A stretch of 64,000 nucleotides of DNA from Diplonema japonicum (taxonomy: Eukaryota > Protista > Euglenozoa: Diplonemea), in contig OZ025740.1 of assembly GCA_964019335.1 (NCBI GenBank), positions 124,001 through 188,000 on the forward strand, written 5' to 3'. The notes beneath the pieces were generated by a model. That model was given only the letters and a program-made list of their open reading frames with translations. It ran no database searches and was not told the origin of the DNA. Each line of letters starts with the position of its first letter. The first letter of the stretch is position 1. Shown here piece after piece: positions 32,632 through 42,803 of this stretch. A program made the position numbers and the translations under genes.

Positions 32632-34082
32632 CCCTTAAACGCCCAACTGCTTCTGTAGAAGCAGTTAATAGGTGTAATTGTTCTGTGATCATCTAGACCA
32701 AAGCCTCGGATCGGTTTTCATAAAAAAAAGATGGAATGGAAAGATATTGAAAATCTGCGTTAAATGCGCTATTTGTATCGATCTGGAACCTCATAACTTC
32801 ATCCCAGAACGGGGTGCCAAGACACTGGGTGACACCAAAAATGGGCATTTTCCGGATTTTCATGATTTTTCCATGATTTTTTCCCTCTTTTTTTTTTTTT
32901 TTCCCCGAGTCACTAGGCCTTATCAAAATCAGCATGCCAGCACACAACAGGAGCAGTTCCCGTCGAACTGCAATGTTCATATGGGTTAAATCCACCTCTC
33001 TACCTCAATCCTCGTTTCTTTTTAATTTACCAGGACCGCGATGACGATGTAGTTATGGGTCCGGTTGGGTCCTACGAAACAGGTGGCCACCTTTCTGGAG
33101 AACGATGGTTTTTTTGTAGTCGGGGATGCACTCGTTCTTCGTCGCGTCCCAATGGCACCTCCCGCAGTCCCTCTGGGCAGTCTGCATTCGGCACCTTCAA
33201 CCACTTCTCCCGCACGAAGATCGCTCCACAGGGCTTCGGGTCGCATTTGGTCCCGTCCCACTTGCACAGGAGGTTCGGGTCGCTCGTGCAGGCCCTCTGG
33301 TCGATCGTCCCCATCGTCGTCGTGTGCGTGGTCACACGGGAAACGGATGGCCTGGTGTGGAAACCAGCACTGGTGTGACGTTTGCAACCACCGATCCCAG
33401 ACGGTGACCAGCATAACGGAGCATGCATGGGTAAAGAACGTATTGAAAAGCAAGCAGTACACAGAGTGAAGTGAGAAGGCCTCCCGTCTGCCACAGCCCA
33501 CCACAAGATTATCCCAAGCGAAAGTAGTTCAAAGCAAAGGAATGTGCCGGTGCAACAATACCTCCTGAAATTGTGACCGAGCAGCTGGAAAAAGGAAGAG
33601 AGTGCTCACCTCCAACCCCTGGGATGACCCCCCGGGTAAGAAGTCCAGAAATGCCCACCTCTGGCACCTTGGACACAGCTACGGCACGAGGTCTCTTCTC
33701 CTCGAACCAAATTGCCTCCCTGCCTTGCACAACATGTAAATGTTTCTCGCCCAGATGCTGTCCATCTCATTGCGACAAACAGTCACCGCAGGCACCAGAA
33801 CAGTGAACACCCCCATGCACACTGAGATTTTAGCGAGTTTCGCATGCATGATTTCCAGGAAAAGCAAATGAACTCATGGCATCCGGTCGATGCACCTCCA
33901 TGGGTCGAAAACACTAAATATTTAGTGGAATGAATGCAAATCTTTCAAATCTTTCAAATGCGTACCTCGAATCAAAAAATAACCTCAAGACTCAGCATGT
34001 TTGACCCAATGCCAACAAAGACCCAAAATCGAAAAAGTTCGAAAATCAATTACCCCCCCCCCCCCCCCTGGGCGTCTAAGGG
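32632..34082. mobile_element. Non-autonomous piggyBac-like element (1451 bp)
   Basis: TTAA (32628-32631) CCCTTAAACGCCCA ... TGGGCGTCTAAGGG TTAA (34083-34086). Confidence 0.85.
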
Positions 34083-34671
34083 TTAAACCTTAATCGTTTT
34101 TTTTTTTCTTTTCTCTCTCTCTCTCTCCTTTCTCCCCTTCCCTTGCCGCCCTTTTTTTTCTTTGCAAAAAAAAATAGGTTTTTCTTTTTCGCGAGGCTGG
34201 CTAAAAGAGAGGTTAAAAAAAAAGAAGGAGAGGGGGGTGATCCACCGGAAAAAAAAAAAGAAAAAAAAAAAAAAAACATCATCAGATGTTTTTTTTTTTC
34301 CATCTATCTGGTCATAAAGTAAAAAAAAAGTGCCTGGCTGAAATATAGGAATTTGTCAGACAGGACAATCTGCAATTTCTTTCGCTTTTTTGCGTAACGT
34401 TGTGATTACCAAGGTATCCAAAAGAAAACACTACTTCCAGTCCACTACAAAATAATCTCTTTTTTATTTTTTTTAGGTATATAAAAAAAAAAAGAACTTG
34501 TAAAAGAAAAAAAAAGAAAAAAAAAAAACAGTGCTGTTTACTTTTTTTTTTAAATCCAATGACGTCGGTTCACCAGCAGAAAAGCGTACAAAAGTGGCCC
34601 CTCGCTATCAGCAGCGGGGAGAAGAGAAAAAAAAAAAAAGAATATAAAAATAAATAAATAAATATAAAAGA

Positions 34672-34792
34672 GAGATAAAGGAGGCCACTGCTAGCGGTGC
34701 CTTGAACAAGTTCTTGAATACAGAGGGCGCTCGTGCAGTTTGCTGCCTGTTCGTCACCCTAGGAACAAATCTGAGTACTTTCTTATATCCCC
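34672..34792 (-). repeat. Family A copy, deleted
   Basis: gcgctcgtgcagtttgctgcctgttcgtcaccct..gtactttcttatat; terminus gagataaagga. Confidence 0.7.
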
Positions 34793-34934
34793 GTGCCAAG
34801 AAAAAAAAAATTGCGGGCCCCCCGCAATACTCAAAAAAAAAAAGAACTTCTTGTTCTTTGTGGTGGCCCCTCTGTTTTCTTATTTTACTTAATTCTTTTT
34901 TATTTGCGCCTTACGTCTACAAAAATAAAAAAAG

Positions 34935-34974
<40 letters not shown>

Positions 34975-35097
34975 AAAGGAAGAATGACTTCGATTCACTT
35001 CATAAACCTGGCGTACGAGCAGCGGGTCGGGCGGACTGCGCTCTGTAGCCCAGGCGCGACGCTGCCCCTCGCTGTGGAAAAATAAATATATAAATAA

Positions 35098-35400
35098 GAG
35101 TTTAAAGGAGGCCGGTGTTGGCGGCGCCCTGCACAAGAATTCCGCGTCGTTTCCTTAATTACACGCGTGCGGTGTACAGCTCAACCCCAGCCGGGGCATT
35201 CCGGGTAACCAAGATTCGGCAATCCATTTACTCTGAGACTTGCATGGCTTAATCCTTGAAACAAGCATATGACTACTGGCAGGATCGCTCATATGCAGTT
35301 TGCTGCCTGTTCGTCACCCTGAGCATCTGCAATACGTTCTTCCACTCGGGCTTCCACATCTGATGTACTTTCTTTATATTTCCATGTTATCCCCCACCCA
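35098..35400 (-). repeat. Family A copy carrying an 18S rRNA insert
   Basis: Matches 58955-59175 except for an insert at 35221-35286 and loss of P3/P1'. Confidence 0.8.
35221..35286 (-). rRNA. 66-nt fragment of the SSU (18S) rRNA 5' end (not a gene)
   Basis: - strand reads GATCCTGCCAGTAGTCATATGCTTGTTTCAAGGATTAAGCCATGCAAGTCTCAG, the conserved eukaryotic 18S start. Confidence 0.92.
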
Positions 35401-35524
35401 ACCCTTTAAAAAAAAAAAAAAAGACATAAAAGACGATGGGTCAAATGTTTCATTTCATAAATGTTCCCCCCCCCCCTCCCCCCTTCTTTAAAACACCCCT
35501 CCCTTTTAAATACAAAAAAAAAAA

Positions 35525-36661
35525 TCAAGGGGACTGTGAAGGAAGAAAAACGTTGGATCTTAAAGCGGCAACCTCCCGACACTTCGGGTGCATGGGGTTG
35601 GCGCCGCATCGGACCAACACCGTCACGATGTGCTGGGGCTCGTTCTGCCCCAACACTACCCTGTCATCGGATCGGTCCAGCGCAACAACAAGCGGCGTAC
35701 GCCCGGATGTGTCCTCCCTAGAAGGATCCCCCCCATATCGGTACAAAAGCAGAATCAACGACACACTGCGATACGCCGCAGCGTGGTGAAGCGGCGTCCA
35801 GTTCGTGTGCCACCCAGCGTTCGGATCAGCACCAGATGACAGGAGAATCTCAACAATTTCCTCATGGCAGCGTTCTATCGCCAGGTGAACAGCGGTCATC
35901 CCCCGATCGTTGACCTTATTCAGATTGATGTGATCACTAGTTACAAGCTCAAGAACACACGGCAAGTGCCCTCCTGACGTGGCTGCATGCAATGGTGCGG
36001 AAGCATCAGAAGTACCTCCATTCGGATCGCAGCCTGCTTCCAATAACATCTTCGTTGTAATGGAGTCACCATTTTGCGCGGAGAGAGAGAGTGGTGATAA
36101 TGCCCAGTCGACCTTTGCATTGTGTTCTAATAAGATTTTGACTATATTTGTGTTTGTGTAGAATGCAGCGTAATGAATGGCAGCCCATCCCTTTGGAGTA
36201 GTGATGTTGGGGTCAGCTCCGTGTGACAGGAGAAATTTTGTCGCATTCGGGGAGTTTCTCTCTGCGAAGGATTGCAGGAGCGTTTGTCTAGTTCGGGTCT
36301 CTGCGTTGAGCAGTTCCCCGTCTGCCAGGAGGACTAGCTCTGCAGTTTTGAAATCTTCGCTCCGAAGAAATCTTGATAGAGTTTCCATGCTTGCCGTTAC
36401 GTTCATGTTCTTTAATTGTTTCTTGGCGAAGAATCGTTTCGATAGCACAACTGTCAAGGTTCCGTCCATCGATAGCGGGAGGCTGCTGACTTTTTGTTCC
36501 ATCCACTCCGACGGGAGGCTTGTCGTTTCGTATTCTAACTCCGCGTCTTTCAAATCGTATCCTGTTTGCAGTGCTACTTTCTTCACGACATCTTCCAGGG
36601 TGTCCCCCCAGTTCGCTTCAACATGGTATTCTTCCGTACCAATAGCTATGGCCAGGTTCAT
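35525..36661 (-). CDS. Ubiquitin-like domain + ankyrin-repeat protein
   Basis: Start MNLAIA; ankyrin units GWAAIHYAA, APLHAA, GMTAVHLA, WTPLHHAA, GRTPL. Confidence 0.9.
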   Translation of the reverse strand: MNLAIAIGTEEYHVEANWGDTLEDVVKKVALQTGYDLKDAELEYETTSLPSEWMEQKVSSLPLSMDGTLTVVLSKRFFAKKQLKNMNVTASMETLSRFLRSEDFKTAELVLLADGELLNAETRTRQTLLQSFAERNSPNATKFLLSHGADPNITTPKGWAAIHYAAFYTNTNIVKILLEHNAKVDWALSPLSLSAQNGDSITTKMLLEAGCDPNGGTSDASAPLHAATSGGHLPCVLELVTSDHINLNKVNDRGMTAVHLAIERCHEEIVEILLSSGADPNAGWHTNWTPLHHAAAYRSVSLILLLYRYGGDPSREDTSGRTPLVVALDRSDDRVVLGQNEPQHIVTVLVRCGANPMHPKCREVAALRSNVFLPSQSP

Positions 36662-36664
36662 GCG

Positions 36665-36696
<32 letters not shown>

Positions 36697-36824
36697 CCCG
36701 CCTGGAAGGTTGGGGAGGAACACGAAAGAAACACACTGTGAGGGGGGGAAAAAAAAGTTTTTAAAACAAAGTGATTTTTTTTTGTCCCCCCCCCCTATTT
36801 CTTTTTTTTTTTTTTTTCCCGTTC

Positions 36825-37973
36825 TCAGTCCGACCCATATCCGCCAAGTCCGAGGCCGTCGTACTGTTCTTCTTCTTCTTCTTCTTCTTGCTTAGGTTCC
36901 GGGGTCAAGGATTTCAAAAGGGATGCGACACCGTGGGCAGCTTCGATTTCTGTTCTTTTCCTCTTCACGGGGCTCGATGTAACGGTGACGAACCCGTCCG
37001 TCTCGATCTTCGGCGTCGTTTTGTTCCGAATTTTGTTTTGTAGGGCAGCCTCTGCGTCGTCACGGGCCCGTTTTCGAGAGGCTTCCTCTGCCTTCGCGAG
37101 GGCAGCCACAGCTAGAAGTTTCTCTTCGGCCTCCATTCGCTTTTTTGCGCGGGTTTCCAAAATGGATTTTCGCAGTGCGTCGCTCACGTTGGCAGGGATA
37201 TCCTTGTCCCCTTCGAACTGGCCACCTCCTGTGAAGACGTCGGTGAAGTCTCCGAAGCTGGAAAATCCCTTTAGCTTTCCTTTGTCATCGATGAATTTGC
37301 AGTTTTTTTCGGCGTCCGTTCTGGAGATAATCTGCATTGTCGTGCGTCCAGACTCCTCTTCCTCAATCCACTCGGGAATCTCAGAGGCCTCTACCTGCTT
37401 TCCAATGTATTCAGTTGCAAAGACCGCCGTTTCCTGCGCTGTCCAGTTGTTGTTACGCATTTTTTCAAGAATATGCGCGCGGCTTTCTGAGACTATATAG
37501 TCGAAGGCCATGAGTTGCTCTGATTCGTGTTTCTCTTGGTAAAGACCGGCTGTTTCAAGCTGCGATTGTTTGTAAATCTCGTATTCTATTCTTCTGTAGT
37601 CCTCGTGGTTGGTCTTTCTGTTCTCCTTCAGCGCTTCGAACGAAAATCGTCCAACCTTCGCGACACCTGTCTTGATGTCGTAGGCACGTCTCCTGGTCGG
37701 GTCAAGCAGTGTTACTTTTGCAAGATTAAGCCTTTCGAAGGCTTCTTGATACGCCTGCCTGAACGTAGATGTAGTGTGTTTGTCGGGGTGCAGGCGGATG
37801 GCCCGTTTCTTGTACGTGCTTTGGATCTCGTCCTCCGTAGCATCCACGGGGAGGCCCAGCACGTCATAGTGATTCGAGTTGTCCCTGATCGCGTGGAGCT
37901 GCTGTTGGGTTAGTTCAGAGATCTCTTCGATAATGACTTCAGACCGCTTCTCTTCGGGCTCCAGGAGAGACAT
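36825..37973 (-). CDS. DnaJ-domain protein
   Basis: HYDVLGL..EIQSTYKK.A..LHPDK..AFE.L..A...L.DP.RR.AYD. Confidence 0.92.
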   Translation of the reverse strand: MSLLEPEEKRSEVIIEEISELTQQQLHAIRDNSNHYDVLGLPVDATEDEIQSTYKKRAIRLHPDKHTTSTFRQAYQEAFERLNLAKVTLLDPTRRRAYDIKTGVAKVGRFSFEALKENRKTNHEDYRRIEYEIYKQSQLETAGLYQEKHESEQLMAFDYIVSESRAHILEKMRNNNWTAQETAVFATEYIGKQVEASEIPEWIEEEESGRTTMQIISRTDAEKNCKFIDDKGKLKGFSSFGDFTDVFTGGGQFEGDKDIPANVSDALRKSILETRAKKRMEAEEKLLAVAALAKAEEASRKRARDDAEAALQNKIRNKTTPKIETDGFVTVTSSPVKRKRTEIEAAHGVASLLKSLTPEPKQEEEEEEEQYDGLGLGGYGSD

Positions 37974-38018
37974 TTTTTTTTTTTTTTTTTTTGTGGCCTG
38001 GAAAATGGAGATTACGAT

Positions 38019-38053
<35 letters not shown>

Positions 38054-38080
38054 GATTTTTTTTTTTTTTTTTTTTAGAAT

Positions 38081-38848
38081 TTACTCTTCCTCCTCGTCGT
38101 CATCCTCCGGTACGTTCTCCACGATTTCTTTTCCGATGCTCCTCGAGTCCCACAGTTGCCGTTTTTGCTCCTCCGTCAGCCTCACGTGACTGCCAGCCTC
38201 CTTCAACCCAAGGGATTCTAAAGTACATGAACCGATGCCAGATCTGTGCAGGCGGGTGACGGAACACCCTATGTGGTCTAGCATTCTCTTCACAATATGG
38301 TTTCGACCTATATTAAGGGAAAGAAGAACATCACATTTGATTTTAGTCACCGTCATTGTTGCAGGGGGCTCAGAAGGGTCTGAAGGGTTTTTCTTGTCTC
38401 TTTTCCGTTTTCTTGTGCGCTCCGCGGGTACTACCCGGTCGGTCTTCTCAACAGATAGAAGTGTTGCTTTGAGGGCCTTCGCGGGTCCGTCTTGAAGCTC
38501 GATGCCTTTTTCTAAAATGTCGAGTTTTTCCTGCGTGCAAAGCCTTTCTGTAGTTGCAATGTAGTCCTTCTTAAGCATCCCAGGAGTGCATATAAATCTC
38601 CCGAACATCCCTACCGAAGTGATCAGCATGAGGCCAGTAGTCTTCTTGTCCAATCTTCCTATGTGAAACAACCGTGTGCCGCCAACTTCTTCGGACATTT
38701 GTCGCTCCCATATCCCCATGGAGGATCTTCGGTGGTCCACTTTTATGTGCTCCTGCAGTTTGTTCGTGGTGAGCATTCCCCTTGGCTTGTAGACGGCGTA
38801 GACGATAGCTTCTTCCAGCCATGCGGGGTATTCTGTTTTTTCCGTCAT
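38081..38848 (-). CDS. RsuA-family pseudouridine synthase
   Basis: YKPRGML, HIGRLDKKTTGLMLIT (catalytic D), KDY, GRNHIVKRM, V.RLHR..IG. ATG at 38848. Confidence 0.88.
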   Translation of the reverse strand: MTEKTEYPAWLEEAIVYAVYKPRGMLTTNKLQEHIKVDHRRSSMGIWERQMSEEVGGTRLFHIGRLDKKTTGLMLITSVGMFGRFICTPGMLKKDYIATTERLCTQEKLDILEKGIELQDGPAKALKATLLSVEKTDRVVPAERTRKRKRDKKNPSDPSEPPATMTVTKIKCDVLLSLNIGRNHIVKRMLDHIGCSVTRLHRSGIGSCTLESLGLKEAGSHVRLTEEQKRQLWDSRSIGKEIVENVPEDDDEEEE

Positions 38849-39058
38849 TTGGGTTTTTTTTTTTTTTTTTTTTTTTTTCCTGGCTGTTGAGCACGAGATA
38901 ACAGGCGGTTCTCCCCCCCCCCCCATTCCTCCGCACAACGTGCACACAACTAACAATCAGCTTTTTTTTTTTTTTCGGAACGGGATAAATAATAATAATA
39001 AAAAATTGGTGTAAATATAAAAAAAAAAAAATTTTTTTTTTCTTTTTTTTTTTTCTCT

Positions 39059-39268
39059 TCACATGTGGTAGCCTTCTCCCAATGTGTTGCAGTTCATAGT
39101 GTCGTACACGTTGCTGTATGCAGTGAGTATGGACTTCTTGTAGCCCCCTCCGAGGGGACGGGTGCCGTTGGGCGTGTTTTTCACAAGAAGCTTCAAAGCA
39201 GCGACCGAGTGTGCGTCTTTGATATCAGCGCAGGCCTGGCCCCGCGGTGCTGCAGTCTTTGCAGACAT
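39059..39268 (-). CDS. Small hypothetical protein (69 aa)
   Basis: ATG after AG/A-tract, coding-like composition, fills the island between homopolymer tracts. Confidence 0.5.
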   Translation of the reverse strand: MSAKTAAPRGQACADIKDAHSVAALKLLVKNTPNGTRPLGGGYKKSILTAYSNVYDTMNCNTLGEGYHM

Positions 39269-39379
39269 CTCTCTTTTTTTTTTCCCTTTCCCCCCCCCTT
39301 TTTTTTGTTCCCGCGTCTCGGGAAAGATGTATTAAAAAAGAAAAAAGACTTTTGTGACCCCCCCCCCCCCACACCCCCC

Positions 39380-39790
39380 TCAGCATTCTTCATCATCACT
39401 GTCGGGAAAGTGGAGTTGCATTGCTGTTTCAAGCTCCACAGGTCCATCTGGTACTGGTGTTCTGTCCTCTTTTGTGTACGCCTGGTATTCGCATACGGGA
39501 TACTCGATAGGTGAAAGCTCCTTGCCCATGTTGAAGAGGAAGCACCGCAGTTCGTGGGCCTGCTTGTTCTCCTCGGCATCGCGCAGCGTGCGTTGAATCT
39601 GCATTTTTGCCTCTTCCTCCTCGTGCTTGGCCGCTGCCTCCGCGGCCCGCTTGCTGTCGATCCTTTTGTACTCCAAGACCCTGCTGCACTGTTTCGCCTC
39701 CTTGTTCGTCAGGTACTCTATCTCTTCAAGCTGCTCCCGTAGCCTGGCGTCTTTTGTGTCCTCGGACGATGTGTCGCTGGCGACATCCAT
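39380..39790 (-). CDS. Hypothetical coiled-coil protein (136 aa)
   Basis: ATG after an A-rich leader; E/K/A-rich helical sequence. Confidence 0.72.
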   Translation of the reverse strand: MDVASDTSSEDTKDARLREQLEEIEYLTNKEAKQCSRVLEYKRIDSKRAAEAAAKHEEEEAKMQIQRTLRDAEENKQAHELRCFLFNMGKELSPIEYPVCEYQAYTKEDRTPVPDGPVELETAMQLHFPDSDDEEC

Positions 39791-39942
39791 TTTCTTTCTT
39801 TTTTTTGTTGTGTAAATGCTGAAGGAAATCGTATTCAGGAGTGGAGGGTCACCTTCAGTAGGGGTGTAAACACGGACAAAAGCTGCCTCTAACAGTTCTT
39901 TTCAACAGTTTTGGATGATTTCTTTTTTTTTTTTTTTTTTTT

Positions 39943-40437
39943 TCAAAGATTTTCCAACCTGCCACGCTGTACCTTAACGGCCTTGATGCACTGTGGGACA
40001 AACAGCAAGCCATGCTCCACACTGGCGTTGAGGGGGGTTTCTTCAACACTTTCCGCGTTCAAAGGTGAACAGCTTGCAAGGTCTGGAAGGTTGGTCGTTG
40101 TAACATCAGAAATGGCGTCGAAGGCCGTGGTGGAGCATGCCCGCCGGAGGGCCACAAGTGACTTTCTTGCTGAAGGTTCCGCAGGTCCACCTTCAGCTAG
40201 CTCTTCCCCCAGAAGGGCGGAGAAATCAAGTAGTGCGTCCTCAATACCCACCGCGGCACCTATGTTGAAACTCGCTTTGGCCACATCTACCAGCACCTCG
40301 TTCGCCACCTGTTGTACGCCTTCATCGCGAACCCGCATCGAGCCTTCGTAGTACCCCACATTCTTCATTCGTTCCTCTGTTGCAAGCCTGTCCCTTGCCA
40401 TCATATCGCGTTCATCACCTTCCATATCCGAGTCCAT
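39943..40437 (-). CDS. Hypothetical protein, weakly Yae1-like
   Basis: Start MDSDMEG; GYYEG....DEGVQQ..F.IG...G recalls the Yae1_N glycine-spaced helix. Confidence 0.55.
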   Translation of the reverse strand: MDSDMEGDERDMMARDRLATEERMKNVGYYEGSMRVRDEGVQQVANEVLVDVAKASFNIGAAVGIEDALLDFSALLGEELAEGGPAEPSARKSLVALRRACSTTAFDAISDVTTTNLPDLASCSPLNAESVEETPLNASVEHGLLFVPQCIKAVKVQRGRLENL

Positions 40438-41101
40438 GTTCCCCTCCTGTTCTTTTCCCCCTTCCTTCTCTGCTTCATGTTCATGCAGCAAAGTTATTTG
40501 AAAAAGAAAGAAAAACGGGAAAGATAGGTGTGCTAATTTGACCCTAAAGTTTTTGAAATGCTCAAGAAACCGCACAAGTTTAAGTATTTCATTCGCTCCA
40601 AGAGTGCTAGACAAACTACAGGCGGAGGATACCTCTTCTTGCCCTTCCCAACACTTTTCTTATAGTTGGAAGTGTAGCTCAACCCATTAAGGTATTCTGT
40701 CAAAAAATCATAAAACACTTTTTTTTCACGAGTTCTTTTATTCACGATGGGGGGGGGGGGGGGGGGGGGGGGGGATAGGGGAAAAGAAAAAAAAAAAGAA
40801 AATGCATATTTATTTCACAATAAAATTGGTTCCGAAGGGGCCCAAGACACCTGTCAGGGAAAAAGGTAAGCCCTACTTATCCCCCAAGTGCAACCATTAC
40901 TGTTTTATGTGAAATGTTTAAATATGGGAAAAAAAAAGGAAAGGAGTGGCTAAAATCAATGTTTTTCAAATTATTAAATCCCCCCCCCCCCCAACAACAA
41001 AACAAAAAAAATAAAAAATAAACATCACACGGAGTTACTCTTTCTTTTTTTTTTCCCCCCCTCTTTTTTGTGAGAAAGTGCTAACAGCACCATTCCCAAA
41101 T

Positions 41102-41566
41102 TCAATTAACACAGAAACTACAGTCGTTGGCCGCATCAGCATAAACCGTAGCAGCTTTGGTCAGCTGTGCTGTGGTGAGTGCAATGCCAAACCTGCATGT
41201 GGCAGGTGTGGTTCCGGAGCAGTTGGCCTGTGTGGCAGCGGCCAAAGGGAGACTAGCGCCAAGGAAGTCTTGAGCAAGCTCCACATCATCATCACAAGTC
41301 TCAGTGCATGAGGAGCACACCTCTCTTGTCACATTACCAGTCTGTACGGCAGTGGACACAAGGGACATGACATTTCCAACTGCCTGAACGCAGCCGTTTG
41401 GTTGTGTGTTGTTGCAGGCATGGACAGCGGACGCGCACCCTTTCAGAGCCAGCTCGATTTGTCCGCAGGTCACTTGAATGATGTTTTCGCAAGCTAGCCC
41501 CTCGTCGCCCTTTCCCCCCAGCACCAGCAGCGAGGCTACAGCAGCGAGCACTACACACCGAGACAT
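41102..41566 (-). CDS. Small secreted cysteine-rich protein
   Basis: Signal peptide MSRCVVLAAVASLLVLGGKG; about 12 Cys in a two-fold internal pattern. Confidence 0.75.
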   Translation of the reverse strand: MSRCVVLAAVASLLVLGGKGDEGLACENIIQVTCGQIELALKGCASAVHACNNTQPNGCVQAVGNVMSLVSTAVQTGNVTREVCSSCTETCDDDVELAQDFLGASLPLAAATQANCSGTTPATCRFGIALTTAQLTKAATVYADAANDCSFCVN

Positions 41567-42159
41567 GGGGTACACTTCCCCCCCCCCCCCCCTCCCCCCC
41601 AACTTTTTTTTTTTTGCGGAACTTATATTATTGTCGAGTATCGCAGTATTAAAAAAAAAAGAAAAAAAAAAAAAAAAGAGGAAGAAAACATATGTGAGTA
41701 AAACGACGTCTAAGTAGCGAGACCCCCCCCCCCCCCCCCCCCCCCAGGGCTATGCTGGCATGGAAACGCGTAATTTTTTATGACTGTCTTTGTTGTTCGC
41801 ACGAGCAAAAAAAAAAAAGCTGCGAAAGTTGCTCGGCACAAGTTACACATAGTTATAAACCTTTTTGAAAGATAAATATTTATAACAGCAAAAAAAAAAA
41901 AAAAAAAAAAAAGAATCAAATACAAAAAGAAGAAGAGGAAGAAGAATGGAGTAGGTTGTTGTGCTCTGTAGTCAGGCACGAAGGGGTCGGACCACTCTTT
42001 TCTCTGTGCAGTAGGTACTGCGCACAGTCTTTCAAGTATTTCGCATCTTCTGCTAGATGCGAAATTTCGGCCTTCCGGTGTACCCCTTTAATCGCTTGGG
42101 TTGATCTTAACGCCACGGATTCTGTGATTTCCCTGGGCAAAAAAAAAAAAAAGAGACTA

Positions 42160-42478
42160 TTTAAGGGTGCCTGCAGTATGTGGCAGGGCGCCCTGCTCAA
42201 GTATCGTCTACTTGATTACAGGGGGCGCGCCTCGGCCTAGTTGTAGCTTCTTCTGCGTTCCGCGTCGTGTCCTTAATGCGTGCGGTGTGCAACTCAACCC
42301 CAGCCATGGCGCCCCTGGTAACCAAGATTCTGAGCCCGTGCAGTTTGCTGCCTGAGCATCTGCGATACGTTCTTCCACTCGGGCGCTACCGGTGATGACC
42401 GACGTGGAGGTCAACAGCGAACAACGCATCTGATGTACTTCTTTATATTTCCATATTTCTGTGTTATCCCACTACCCC
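42160..42478 (-). repeat. Family A copy, near full length but J4/2 deleted
   Basis: Has GGTAGTG..ACC TCCACGTC GGT CATCACC GG but lacks gggtgacgaaca. Confidence 0.85.
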
Positions 42479-42803
42479 CAAAAAAAAAAAGATGTCTTTG
42501 AAGGGAACATTCAGTATGTGACAGGATCGCCTTAAAAGCGAGTGCAGCAAGGTCGAAAATGCCGAAGCGGAACCAAATCTCAAAAAAAGGAGAAGGCCGA
42601 CCGCTGTCTACGTGGACCGGCGACTTCTCAAGAACTTCCAAGACCGACCACCCTACTAAGGAGAATTATTACTCGTAATTATTTATTACGGAGGGAAACC
42701 GCCTCTGGCTGCAGCCGCCTATGGCTTCCGGACATTTTTCCTTCCGGTATTATTATTCTTTACCATTGGAATATCTACTGGAAAGTAGAAGACAGTTTTC
42801 TCC

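Noticed and set aside
35221-35286. Functional rDNA unit
   Set aside because: Only 66 nt, embedded in a repeat, with no further rRNA sequence nearby.
42340-42478. Second active ribozyme
   Set aside because: The J4/2 catalytic segment and part of P4 are deleted, and P1 has a mismatch.
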